64,000 nt of DNA from Deltaproteobacteria bacterium (GCA_030591565.1 JAUVAU010000001.1:104577-168576); one strand, 5' to 3'. Positions 1 through 10,568 are shown, numbered from the stretch's first letter. Notes: generated by a model not told the origin, from the sequence alone. A program made the numbers and translations.

Positions 1-198
1 GTGGATGTGCGCCTCTTCAGGGCGATGCTTGAATCCACAGCCAGTGAGCATGGCGCTCGCATGACGGCTATGGAATCCGCCACGAACAACGCGAACGATA
101 TGATCGACCGGCTCACCCTGAAGTACAACAGGGCGCGCCAGGAATCAATCACATCCGAACTTATGGACATCGTCAACGGTGTTGAATCCCTGAAATAG
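1..198 (+). CDS. atpG: ATP synthase F1 gamma subunit, C-terminal part (5'-truncated by window)
   Basis: [17 protein letters not shown]...[19 protein letters not shown] is the gamma C-terminus; directly upstream of atpD. Confidence 0.97.
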   Translation: MDVRLFRAMLESTASEHGARMTAMESATNNANDMIDRLTLKYNRARQESITSELMDIVNGVESLK

Positions 199-220
199 CA
201 GGCGATCCGAGACTAGCTAA

Positions 221-1642
<1,422 letters not shown>

Positions 1643-1658
1643 CGGCTGGAGGATTTAA

Positions 1659-2078
1659 ATGAGCCAGGAAACAAAATTCCAGCTGGAGGTCGTGACTCCC
1701 GCGCGCCGTCTTTTCCTCGATGACGTTGACGAGATCACGGTACCCGGAATCGATGGTGAGTTTGGCGTGTTGGTCGGCCACACCCCCTACCTGACCGAGA
1801 TCGGTATAGGTGAAATGCTCTACCGTATTGGTGGCGATAACCACTACTTGGCGGTGAGGCGCGGTTTTGCGGAAATTACCCATGAGAAGGTCGCAATCCT
1901 CGCGGAGGAAGCTGATTTTCCCCAGGAGATCAACCTGGAGGAAGCACAGCAGTCCATGAGCGAGGCTGAGGAAGCATTGACTCAGCTCTCAGTTGAATCC
2001 AAGGAGTATCTGGAAGCGCAAGCCAAGCTGGACCGTGCGATGAACCGCATAGCGGTGGCAAAGCGGCACAGCGGTTAA
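1659..2078 (+). CDS. atpC: ATP synthase F1 epsilon subunit
   Basis: LEVVTP...GEFGVLVGHTP motif, GGAGG RBS, follows atpD. Confidence 0.97.
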   Translation: MSQETKFQLEVVTPARRLFLDDVDEITVPGIDGEFGVLVGHTPYLTEIGIGEMLYRIGGDNHYLAVRRGFAEITHEKVAILAEEADFPQEINLEEAQQSMSEAEEALTQLSVESKEYLEAQAKLDRAMNRIAVAKRHSG

Positions 2079-2112
2079 AAAGCTATAGATAAGCAAACCG
2101 ATATATAAAAAA

Positions 2113-2156
2113 AAAACGGGATCGTCTCTAAAGAGACGATCCCGTTTTAAGTTTTT
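2113..2156. terminator. Bidirectional intrinsic terminator
   Basis: AAAACGGGATCGTCTC-TAAA-GAGACGATCCCGTTTT perfect hairpin with A tract before and T tracts after, between convergent genes. Confidence 0.88.
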
Positions 2157-2238
2157 CAAGGCGTGGGTCGGGGGTACGGGCCTTTTCTGATTATAAGGGC
2201 AAGGACCCATAATTATTTTTGAATGAGTTGTTTTACTG

Positions 2239-2802
2239 CTAGGGCTGCTTGGGAGTTGTAATAAGTTCGCCCTTGACCTTTGCGCCCCCCTCACTCTCAA
2301 CTATACTGAACTTCACGGCTTTTACGTTATTTTGGTCGACCATCCCCTTGGCTTTTTTCACCAACATATTGCACAGGTCGTCGGGGTTTAGCTTCATAGA
2401 GCTGCCGCTGTCCTTACTGTTTTTCTCGATCCTCTTGAGTATGGTTTTGATGCGTCGGGCGACAATCGCGGGATTGGTGATGGCGATGGCGTCGATGATG
2501 ATCGAATCGTTACCCTTCGCCAGTGCACCGGTTGAGGTGCGCCGCGAGAATTTAAGATCGGTGATGTTCCTGATCTGGGTTTCAAGGGACCTGAAGCGGT
2601 TGGCAAGGGTTCTAACCTGGAACTTTGTCACCGTGGACTGGACGGAACTCCGGGTCATCATACGGATATCCCGTTCGATTTCGCGGCGCAACTTCAGCGG
2701 CTCCTGGCGAAGCTGTCCGGCGAAAAAGAGATCGTATTCCCTTTTAAGTTCAGCGAGCTTGAAGTCCAGCTCTTCGATTTTGGGGTCCCGGTTCAATGCC
2801 AT
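2239..2802 (-). CDS. Hypothetical protein resembling the MXAN_5187 C-terminal domain family
   Basis: N-terminal LKREYDLFFAG...EP...KFQVRTLANRF helix and C-terminal VKFSIVESEGGAKVK pattern recalled from this deltaproteobacterial family; GGAG RBS. Confidence 0.6.
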   Translation of the reverse strand: MALNRDPKIEELDFKLAELKREYDLFFAGQLRQEPLKLRREIERDIRMMTRSSVQSTVTKFQVRTLANRFRSLETQIRNITDLKFSRRTSTGALAKGNDSIIIDAIAITNPAIVARRIKTILKRIEKNSKDSGSSMKLNPDDLCNMLVKKAKGMVDQNNVKAVKFSIVESEGGAKVKGELITTPKQP

Positions 2803-2823
2803 CTGCTAGTTGTCCACTCCAAA

Positions 2824-3984
2824 TTATTCTTCAGTATAGGGGGAGAGGGCGCGCAGCCGTTCAATAATCGGCGGCAATTTCTCTACCATGAAATCAACCT
2901 CATCCATTGTGTTGAAGCGGCTGAGGCTGAAACGGATCGAGCCGTGGGCGTAGGTGAAGGGAACACCCATGGCGCGCAGTACGTGGGAGGGCTCAAGGCT
3001 GCCCGAGGTGCAGGCGGAGCCGGAGCTGGCGCAAACGTTAAGCTCGTTCATCAGCAGCAAAATCGCCTCGCCCTCCACGAACTTGAAGGAGAGGTTGACG
3101 GTGTTGGGAAGCCGCTGGGTGGAGTGGCCGTTCAATATCGTTTTGGATACCGCGCCCAGCAGCCCCGCTTCGAGGCGGTCACGCATGGCGCGCACTGTTT
3201 TATTTTCCTCATCTATAGCGTCGAACGCCAGCTGACACGCCTTGCCAAGCGCTATGATGTTGGGCACCGCTTCGGTGCCTGCGCGTCTTCCGCGTTCCTG
3301 ATGTCCGCCAATTATCAAGGGGCGGTAGGGGACGCCCTTGCGTACGTAAAGCGCGCCGACGCCTTTGGGGGCGTGGAGCTTGTGGCCGCTAAGGGCCAGG
3401 AAGTCGATGGGCACCTTTTTAAGATCAATCGGTACCTTGCCCACCGCTTGTACTGCGTCGGTGTGGAAGAGCACGCCCCTTAAGCGGACGATCTGGGCGA
3501 TCTCCTCAATGGGGAAGATGGTGCCGGTTTCATTGTTGGCCCACATTATCGAGACGAGCGCCGTGTCCTCCCTTATGGAGTCGCGAAGCTCACCCAGATC
3601 GATCATGCCATCGCCGTCTACGCTTAAAAGGGTGAGGTGGTAGCCCTTCTTGACGAGCGCCTTGGCGAGGTTCAGCACTGCGGGGTGCTCGACCTTGGTC
3701 GTTATTATGTGGCGCTTTTCCGGCTGTGCTTCCAGCGCTGCGCGGATGGCGGTGTTGTCGGCCTCGGAGCCGCAGGAGGTGAAGACGATCTCGGACGCGT
3801 CACACCCCAGGACCTGCGCTGTTCGTTCCCGCGCCTCCTCCACCTTGGCCCCGACCTGTCCGCCGAAGGTGTGCATGCTCGACGGGTTGCCGTAGAGGTC
3901 GCAGAAGTAGGGAGCCATCTCCTCGAAAACCCGGGGGTCTACACGGGTTGTCGCGTTGTTGTCAAAATATATGGTGTCGCCCAT
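2824..3984 (-). CDS. nifS: Cysteine desulfurase NifS
   Basis: YFDNNATT, SGHKLHAPKG (PLP Lys), SSGSACTS (catalytic Cys); start reset to ATG 3984 overlapping the nifU stop (TAATG). Confidence 0.96.
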   Translation of the reverse strand: MGDTIYFDNNATTRVDPRVFEEMAPYFCDLYGNPSSMHTFGGQVGAKVEEARERTAQVLGCDASEIVFTSCGSEADNTAIRAALEAQPEKRHIITTKVEHPAVLNLAKALVKKGYHLTLLSVDGDGMIDLGELRDSIREDTALVSIMWANNETGTIFPIEEIAQIVRLRGVLFHTDAVQAVGKVPIDLKKVPIDFLALSGHKLHAPKGVGALYVRKGVPYRPLIIGGHQERGRRAGTEAVPNIIALGKACQLAFDAIDEENKTVRAMRDRLEAGLLGAVSKTILNGHSTQRLPNTVNLSFKFVEGEAILLLMNELNVCASSGSACTSGSLEPSHVLRAMGVPFTYAHGSIRFSLSRFNTMDEVDFMVEKLPPIIERLRALSPYTEE

Positions 3985-4823
3985 TATGCCTCCTCGACCA
4001 CTTCGATACCGGGATCGACCATCTCTTTGAGACGAGCTTCGACACCCTGCTTGAGCGTTATCTGCGAGGAGGGGCAGTTTGTGCATGCGCCACGCAAGCT
4101 CACAGTGACCAGATTGCCATCAACGTCGATCAGGTCCAGGTCGCCGCCGTCGGCTTGCAGCGTCGGGCGTAGCTCCTCATCTATTACCTTCTGTATCAGG
4201 GTAATCTTCTGGATATTGGTGAGCTTCTTGGGGGGCTGGGGTTCCTGGGCTTTTTTCTTTGCACCCAACGCCTCTTCGAGAAGCTCCTCAATGCTCGGCA
4301 GACACTTCTCGCAGCCTCCGCCAGCCTTGGTGTAGTGGGTGACATCTTCGACGGTCTTCAGGTCGTTTTCCTCGATAGCCCGCCTGATCTGGGTATCGGT
4401 GACGCCGAAACACTCGCAAACCACCTCGCCATCAAGCTCGTGAGCGGTCACCGGCTCGCCACGGTAGTTCTGTATGGCGGCCTCAAGCGCTTCGCGGCCC
4501 ATGACCGAGCAGTGCATCTTCGCCTTGGGCAGGCCTCCCAGATAGTCGGCGATATCCTTGTTGGTGATCTCCAGCGCCTCATCAAGGGTCTTGCCCTTTA
4601 TCATCTCGGTCAATGCCGAGCTTGACGCGATGGCGCTTCCACAACCAAAAGTCTGGAAGGTCGCTTGCACTATCCTGCCCTCGTCGTCGAGCTTGAAAAA
4701 GAGCTTTAGCGCATCGCCGCAGGCCAAGCTGCCCACTTCACCAATGCCATCGGCGTCGTCAATCTTGCCGGCGTTGCGAGGGTTGAGAAAGTGATCTTTT
4801 ACTTTTTCCGTATAATCCCACAT
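3984..4823 (-). CDS. nifU: Fe-S cluster assembly scaffold NifU (IscU + BFD-like + Nfu domains)
   Basis: ACGD, FGCGSAIASSS, KMHCS, CECFGV...GGGCEKC, GACTNC. Confidence 0.96.
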   Translation of the reverse strand: MWDYTEKVKDHFLNPRNAGKIDDADGIGEVGSLACGDALKLFFKLDDEGRIVQATFQTFGCGSAIASSSALTEMIKGKTLDEALEITNKDIADYLGGLPKAKMHCSVMGREALEAAIQNYRGEPVTAHELDGEVVCECFGVTDTQIRRAIEENDLKTVEDVTHYTKAGGGCEKCLPSIEELLEEALGAKKKAQEPQPPKKLTNIQKITLIQKVIDEELRPTLQADGGDLDLIDVDGNLVTVSLRGACTNCPSSQITLKQGVEARLKEMVDPGIEVVEEA

Positions 4824-4865
4824 GGGTAAAACCCCGTAATTTTGTCCATAGGTTAGAGAAAGGTA

Positions 4866-5134
4866 AGGGCGTCTCGCGACACCCTCAGACCGCTGACAAA
4901 ACCTGCCTTTTCTCCGATTGACTTCGTCAGGCTAAGAAATGATCCTCGAAATACGTCAAGTATTCCTCCGGTCATTTCTTGTCACCTTCCTCGTTCTCGA
5001 AGAAAATTCAGCCCTTGTCAGCAATCAGTCAGGCTGAGTAAGAAGATAGATAGACAGTTGCGAGTAGACAATTTTCCAGCCAACTTCCTTTTGCCTACCC
5101 TTGCCAACAGCCTGAGGGTGTCGCGAGACACCCT
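4866..5134. mobile_element. Composite MITE-like repeat, copy A, flanked by inverted REP-like hairpins
   Basis: 23-bp inverted flanks (4866-4888 / 5112-5134, 1 mismatch); internal core shared with copies at 13568, 39066, 10298 and 28189. Confidence 0.75.
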
Positions 5135-5141
5135 GATTCCG

Positions 5142-5176
5142 AACTTAACTATTGTTACCTAATTTGTCAACAATAG
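5142..5176 (-). promoter_or_regulatory. sigma70-type promoter for nifU-nifS overlapped by a palindromic operator (Rrf2/IscR-like)
   Basis: Minus strand TTGACA (5170-5165)-17 nt-TAAGTT (5147-5142); inverted repeat CTATTGTT (5149-5156)/AACAATAG (5169-5176). Confidence 0.6.
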
Positions 5177-5206
5177 GAGATGGAAAAGTTCCTTTTTTGA
5201 GAGAAA

Positions 5207-6292
5207 TTACTTTAGCGTTTCATCGAGAATCTGTCCAATTTTAGCCGGTTCGATTTTGCCCTCGCCGGTATAGAGCACCTTGCCCGCAGCGTCGAAGACG
5301 ATCATCGTTGGCGTAACCCCAACCCCCAACATATTTGCCAGGGTGGTGTCGCTTTGGCCGGGCCAGTCGGGTATGCACTCCATCTCCGGGTAGGGCGCGA
5401 CAAATTTCTCCACCCGCCCAGCGAGCCGCCGGTTGTCCACGTTAACCGATACTATCTGAAGCTTATCCTTCGGATACTTTTCGGCAAGCTCATACATATG
5501 GGGAAACTCTTCACGGCAGGGCCTGCAGTAAAGGCTCCAGAAGAACAAAACGGTGGAGGAACCATCGCCAATCGTGACCTTTTTACCCGAGAGGCTCTCC
5601 AGGCTAAGGGGCTGACCAAGCCTCTTGCCCGGTTGTACCAGCTCGACCGAATCGGGCGCAAAGGCGGTCTTACCCTCCTTTGAAGCAAGGATGATCTCTT
5701 CAGAACCCTCATCGGAGAGTAATCTCTCTATCGTATTGGCAAAGGTCTTCTCATCGCCGGGTCTGTACCCCTCCTGATAGAGTCTGATCCACCCCGAGCG
5801 GTCGATTATCACCGTGACCGGCAGCACCTCCACGTTGTAGTCCTTTACGATTTGTTGCCGGGTGTCGCGCAGGACCGGGTACTCAAACACCACCCCCGCC
5901 TTTTCCAGCGCCTTGTAGATGCGGGCGTCGGAAAAAATATCGGTGTTTATGCTGAGCACCGCCAGCCCCTTGTCGCCATACCGGTTGTGCAGCTCCATAA
6001 TGTGGGGCATCTCCTCGATGCAGGATTTGCAAAAGATCGACCAGAACTCGAGGAGGATGACATTGTTGCCGACGTAATCGCGAAGGCTCGCCTGGGAGCC
6101 GTCCAGTGTCCGGGCGGCGAAAGCCGGTGCGAGAGAGTTGACATCGACCGAGACGGACTCGCCGTCAACCTTTTCCCTGGGACCGCTATCCTGCTTGCCC
6201 TGTGGCTCTTCCCCGGAGCAGCCCGATAGTAGACAGCCAAGCAGCAGACACAGCGCCACCAGCACGATTGTGAGGGGTTTCAGCGGTTTCAT
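5207..6292 (-). CDS. TlpA/ResA-like thiol-disulfide oxidoreductase lipoprotein with two thioredoxin domains
   Basis: Lipobox LLSGC; FWSIFCKSC and FWSLYCRPC CxxC motifs; cis-Pro motifs LPVT and TPTM. Confidence 0.85.
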   Translation of the reverse strand: MKPLKPLTIVLVALCLLLGCLLSGCSGEEPQGKQDSGPREKVDGESVSVDVNSLAPAFAARTLDGSQASLRDYVGNNVILLEFWSIFCKSCIEEMPHIMELHNRYGDKGLAVLSINTDIFSDARIYKALEKAGVVFEYPVLRDTRQQIVKDYNVEVLPVTVIIDRSGWIRLYQEGYRPGDEKTFANTIERLLSDEGSEEIILASKEGKTAFAPDSVELVQPGKRLGQPLSLESLSGKKVTIGDGSSTVLFFWSLYCRPCREEFPHMYELAEKYPKDKLQIVSVNVDNRRLAGRVEKFVAPYPEMECIPDWPGQSDTTLANMLGVGVTPTMIVFDAAGKVLYTGEGKIEPAKIGQILDETLK

Positions 6293-7200
6293 GCGCCACC
6301 GTTTCTTCTAGTGTTCCAAAAATATGCAAATCCCGGTAGATCGAAACGGTAAAATGCGCTGTCCCGGCCACCGGCCATCCGAGCTTCTACAACCGCTTTT
6401 TCAATCCCCCGTTCGCCGCAAAGTTTCTTGAATACGGTGGAGGCGCAAAGTTCAAGATCGTCGCCCCCCTGCCAGTCGGCGACCTCGTCTGCCACCCGTC
6501 TAATGGCATTGTGGCAAAGCTCCACCCACTGTCTGGCAGCGGGGCCAGTACGAATCTCCCTGTGGCCGGTCGCCAGCGTCTGGAACTCCAGGGGTAGCAG
6601 TTTCTCCAAACTCGCGAGGTAGAGGTCGCCGTCGGTGAAGTAGGGGAAGGGGCTGGGGTAGAAGGCCTCTGCCCACGTTTCACCCTTGGGTTGCACCAGG
6701 TCGCCCGGGAAGAGGACTCCGGCCTTTGCGAGGAAGAAGGAGATGTCGTCGCCATAGTGGCAGTGGCCGGGGTTGGGGATGATCTCAATCAGCCCCTCCA
6801 TGACCACTCGCTTACCTATGGGTATGTCGGGTTCCAGCGGCCCCGCTTCGTGCGCCAGCAGCTTGAAGCTGCCAAGGCGCTCGTCGGTGGCAGCCACGGC
6901 GCGCATGATGCCAAGGTTGGCAATGTGGTCGGGGTGGGCGTGGGTTATGGCGACGGTGGAGACCTTTTTATCCGTCAAGTCGCACAGGTGGAGAAGCTCC
7001 GCCAGCGGTCCGACAGGAGCGTTTCCGCTCAGCATTACCTCATCGCCCGGATCGATTACCCACAGTCCTGTGGGGGTTTCGATTACCGCTGTGCGGCCCG
7101 AGGTAACCCATACGCCCGGTGACAGCTCGTGGACCCCCGGCCCCAATTCGTCGACTGGACCCGAGTAGCTCTTGGCCCTGTTCCGGTAGGTATCAGCCAA
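6289..7200 (-). CDS. MBL-fold metallo-hydrolase
   Basis: THAHPDH, PGH, FPGD, TGH motifs; start reset to TTG 7200 overlapping the upstream stop. Confidence 0.8.
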   Translation of the reverse strand: MADTYRNRAKSYSGPVDELGPGVHELSPGVWVTSGRTAVIETPTGLWVIDPGDEVMLSGNAPVGPLAELLHLCDLTDKKVSTVAITHAHPDHIANLGIMRAVAATDERLGSFKLLAHEAGPLEPDIPIGKRVVMEGLIEIIPNPGHCHYGDDISFFLAKAGVLFPGDLVQPKGETWAEAFYPSPFPYFTDGDLYLASLEKLLPLEFQTLATGHREIRTGPAARQWVELCHNAIRRVADEVADWQGGDDLELCASTVFKKLCGERGIEKAVVEARMAGGRDSAFYRFDLPGFAYFWNTRRNGGA

Positions 7201-7660
7201 GGTTCTCCAGCGCTTTTTCGATGGCGATGCGGTGTTTGGTCTCCTCGGCCACGAGGTTGGCGTAAAAGCGCTTTTCAGCCGCGCCACCGGCCGCTTCCAT
7301 CAGCTCGGTGTAGAAGGCCAGCCCCTTCTTTTCCATCTCCAAGGCTCTGGTCAGCGCCTGGGTTGCATCATTGTCCGAGGCTGCGGGTATCTTGGCATCC
7401 TCGGCCTCGAAGATATCGAGGACGCCCGAATGGCGCCCGATCATGGTGGACTCGTCGGGCCAGCCGGGCTTGTCCTTGAGTTCTTCGTACAACTCACGTA
7501 CTCTTTTTATGTGAGATTGCTCATCGTCGGCCAGGGTGATGAAAAGCATCCTGGCGAGAGGGTTTGCAAGCGTTTCGGCGCTACGCAGATAGAAATCGCG
7601 TCCGTCGGACTCGAACTTGATCGCCTTTTCCAACGCAATCAAGGCGGCGGTGTTGCTCAT
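7193..7660 (-). CDS. Ferritin-like/rubrerythrin-family diiron protein
   Basis: E..G..FY, DEQSH and EETKH ExxH pairs; GGAGGT RBS before ATG 7660. Confidence 0.85.
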   Translation of the reverse strand: MSNTAALIALEKAIKFESDGRDFYLRSAETLANPLARMLFITLADDEQSHIKRVRELYEELKDKPGWPDESTMIGRHSGVLDIFEAEDAKIPAASDNDATQALTRALEMEKKGLAFYTELMEAAGGAAEKRFYANLVAEETKHRIAIEKALENLG

Positions 7661-7744
7661 CGGTGGTACCTCCATTGGCCCGCCGGGCGGGCAGTTCTCG
7701 AAAAAATGTTTTCGACCCTACGAAATTAATGGTGAAGGCCGGAG

Positions 7745-8374
7745 ATGTCAAACCACAAGGTGACAATTCTTTGTATTTACGGCAGCCCGAGAAAGGGCGG
7801 CAACACCGACCGGATGATGGAGTGCTTCATCGAGGGAGTGCTGAGCGCGGGCGGCGAGGTGGAGAAGATCGTCCTGCGCGAGCTGAAGATCGACGCCTGC
7901 CGCGAAATATATGCTTGCCGCATCAACGGAGAGTGCGGCATCGTTGACGACATGAACGCGCTCTATCCCATACTGCGAAACGCCGACGGCCTCGCCATGT
8001 CCAGCCCAGTGATGTTCTACGGTCACGGCGCGCTCGCCAAGACCTTCATGGACCGGTGCCAGGCGCTCTGGAGCCTCAAGTACCTTGTGGAAAAGCCGGT
8101 GTACAAGGGCCGGATGAAGGGACTGAAAGGTGTCATGCTGGCGGCGGGGGCCACCAACGGCCCCAAGGTGTTTGACGGGCTCCGCATGTCTTTCAGGTAT
8201 TTCATGGATGCGCTGGACGGCAAGCTGTGGAAAGACGTGGTCTGTAGGGCGGTGGACGACGCCGGCGAAATTGAGGCCCACGCCGATATCCTCGACGAGG
8301 CCCGCCGGCTTGGCGTGGAGTTTGTCGAGCTGTTGACAGCCGAGCTTGGTGGAGAAGGGGGCGATGGTGCGTAA
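7745..8374 (+). CDS. NADPH-dependent FMN reductase / iron-sulfur flavoprotein family
   Basis: GSPRKGGNT, SPVMFYG, KTFMDRCQ motifs. Confidence 0.85.
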   Translation: MSNHKVTILCIYGSPRKGGNTDRMMECFIEGVLSAGGEVEKIVLRELKIDACREIYACRINGECGIVDDMNALYPILRNADGLAMSSPVMFYGHGALAKTFMDRCQALWSLKYLVEKPVYKGRMKGLKGVMLAAGATNGPKVFDGLRMSFRYFMDALDGKLWKDVVCRAVDDAGEIEAHADILDEARRLGVEFVELLTAELGGEGGDGA

Positions 8375-8816
8375 GGGATCGGATAAATTCAAAGAGGCTC
8401 GCAGCCTGCTACGCGGACACCTTGAAAAAAAGGGGCTTCGCTGGACGCAGCAACGTGAAATCGTGCTGGACGCTTTCCTCATGGCCGACAGGCATATCAG
8501 CGTCGATGAGCTGCTGGTGTCCATAAGGAGCAGCCACCCCGAGCTGGGCCACGCCACAATCTATCGCACCATGAATCTCTTCACCGAGGCGGGCATCGCC
8601 AAGGAGAGCCGCTTTGACGAGGAGCGGGTGAGATATGAGCCCGCCGTTGACGTGGGCCACCACGACCATCTGATCTGCACGGTATGCGGCGACATCGAAG
8701 AGTTTGAGGATAACCGCATCGAGCGGCTCCAGGAAGAGATTGCGCAAAAGAGGGGTTTCCAGGTGGATTACCACCGCCTTGAGCTATATGGAAAATGCCC
8801 GAAATGTTCCAACTGA
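8364..8816 (+). CDS. fur: Fur-family transcriptional regulator
   Basis: TQQR, ATIYRT, HHDHLICTVCG, C-terminal CPKC. Confidence 0.9.
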   Translation: MVRKGSDKFKEARSLLRGHLEKKGLRWTQQREIVLDAFLMADRHISVDELLVSIRSSHPELGHATIYRTMNLFTEAGIAKESRFDEERVRYEPAVDVGHHDHLICTVCGDIEEFEDNRIERLQEEIAQKRGFQVDYHRLELYGKCPKCSN

Positions 8817-8874
8817 GTTGTGCTGCGTGACCCCTGGTCGGGCGCAGATAAAGCCGGACCAACCGAGTCGTAGT

Positions 8875-8903
8875 TTGACAACGTGTATTTAAAGGGATAT
8901 TCT
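8875..8903 (+). promoter_or_regulatory. sigma70 promoter upstream of SAM riboswitch/metX
   Basis: TTGACA (8875-8880)-17 nt-TATTCT (8898-8903). Confidence 0.6.
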
Positions 8904-9041
8904 CCCCTAAAGCAGTTGGGGTATCTTATATCCCAATCCACCCTTCCTGGCCGCGATTTTGCGAGGTGGGGGGGAGCGTCAAGCGAACTGTAACGATTCA
9001 GGTATTTTGCCAAACCACACAAGCGTGGGCTGGAGAAATAT

Positions 9042-9169
9042 TCTTATCTAGAGTGGCGGAGGGGCCAGGCCCGATGAAGCCACAGCAACCGGTCGCCCAT
9101 TGTTTGAGCGGCATCAGGTGCTAAATCCTGCGGGGCGCCATAAATCAGGCGGCGCACCGAAAGATGAGA
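9042..9169 (+). ncRNA. SAM-I (S-box) riboswitch
   Basis: TCTTATCTAGAG-TGGCGGAGGG..GGCCCGATGAAGCC..GCAACC..GGTGCTAAATCC..GAAAGATGAGA; P1 TCTTATC/GATGAGA; upstream of metX. Confidence 0.93.
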
Positions 9170-9172
9170 CCG

Positions 9173-10309
9173 ATGGCCGACAAAGGTGTGGGAGTAACCT
9201 CCCCCGAACATATCCGCATATGTGAACCTCCCGACGAGTTCAATCTCCAGTCCGGCCGTATTCTGGGCCCCATCGACGTGGCCTACGAGAGCTACGGTAC
9301 CCTCTCCGCGCAAAAAGACAACGTGATCCTCGTGTGCCACGCGCTCTCGGGCGACGCACACGTGGCGGGTTTCAACAGCGATGGCGAGAGCAAGCCCGGC
9401 TGGTGGGATCCGATGATAGGTCCGGGCAGGGCGCTTGATACCGACAAGTATTATGTGATTTGCACCAACGTCCTGGGCGGCTGCAAGGGCACCACGGGCC
9501 CGGCGTCGATCAACCCCCGCACGGGAAAACCCTTCGCCATGAGGTTCCCCGTGGTCACCGTGCGCGACATGGTGGACCTCCAGGCTCGCCTGTTCGATGC
9601 CCTTGGCATTACAGAGCTGCTCTGCGTCATCGGCGGCTCCATGGGTGGAATGCAGGCGCTTCAATGGGCGGTCAGCTACCCGGACCGGGTGCGCTCGATC
9701 ATCCCGTTGTCCACGACGGGGGCGACCTCTCCCTTGAACATCGGTTTCAACAAGATTTGTCGTCGCTCAATCATGAATGACCCCAACTGGAGGGATGGCA
9801 ACTACTATGAAAGCGGCGAGGAGCCGGTGGATGGGCTGGCCCTGGCGCGCATGATAGGCCACCTGACCTTCATGAGCGACAAGTCGATGCGCCGAAAATT
9901 CGGCAGGCGTATTTCCGGTCGGGAGGGTATCTACGCTTTCACCGCCCAGTACGACGTCGAGCGTTACCTGCACTACAACGGCTATAACTTCCCCAGGCGC
10001 TTTGACGCCAACAGTTACCTCTACCTTACCAAGGCGCTGGACACGTTTGACCTCGCGGTGGATTTTCCGGGTGGGATGGAGGAGGCGCTCTCCCTGATTG
10101 AGTGCAGGGTGCGCTTTTTTACCTTCACTTCCGATTGGCTCTATTTCCCTGAGGACACCGAGGAGCTGACGGCGACGATGAAAAAGCTTGGGAAAAATGT
10201 GGAGCACATAAGCGTGGAGAGCGACTACGGCCACGATGCGTTTTTGATCGAATATGAAAAATTCGCCCACAAAGTGAGCGAATTCATTGGTTCTCTAGGA
10301 GGCTGTTGA
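9173..10309 (+). CDS. metX: Homoserine O-acetyltransferase
   Basis: CHALSGDAH, GWWD, GGSMGGMQ nucleophile motif, YGHDAFL; start could also be ATG 9164. Confidence 0.95.
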   Translation: MADKGVGVTSPEHIRICEPPDEFNLQSGRILGPIDVAYESYGTLSAQKDNVILVCHALSGDAHVAGFNSDGESKPGWWDPMIGPGRALDTDKYYVICTNVLGGCKGTTGPASINPRTGKPFAMRFPVVTVRDMVDLQARLFDALGITELLCVIGGSMGGMQALQWAVSYPDRVRSIIPLSTTGATSPLNIGFNKICRRSIMNDPNWRDGNYYESGEEPVDGLALARMIGHLTFMSDKSMRRKFGRRISGREGIYAFTAQYDVERYLHYNGYNFPRRFDANSYLYLTKALDTFDLAVDFPGGMEEALSLIECRVRFFTFTSDWLYFPEDTEELTATMKKLGKNVEHISVESDYGHDAFLIEYEKFAHKVSEFIGSLGGC

Positions 10310-10540
10310 AAAACTCTCCCGAAGCGGGGGGGTAACGCTAAACCGGGCTAAACCGAAGATTTTAGCCGCTGCCGGGCAAACCTCCAACTAAGCCGACGAT
10401 AAACAGGAAGCCCTGAAGATCATTCGAGAACGAGGAAGGGAAGAAAAATGATCGCAGGCATACCGATAAGTATTTCGAGGATCATTTTTCGCCCCTGACA
10501 ACGTCAATCGGAGGATATCCGGGGTTTTTAAACAAGCTCT
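10298..10540. mobile_element. MITE-like repeat, copy D (subfamily 2), TA duplication
   Basis: Imperfect TIR GGAGGCTGTTGAAAAAC / GTTTTTAAACAAGCTCT; TA at 10296-97 and 10541-42; near-inverted copy of 28189-28423. Confidence 0.8.
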
Positions 10541-10568
10541 TATAGGCAGGGCAGGCCGGTTAACGGCC

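Noticed and set aside
2824-4823. nifU-nifS as evidence of nitrogen fixation
   Set aside because: No nifHDK or other nif genes nearby; NIF-type Fe-S systems are housekeeping in many anaerobes.
7895-7940. Flavoprotein Cys motif CREIYAC lacking the second Cys
   Set aside because: No TGA involved; recalled as a common variant in this family.
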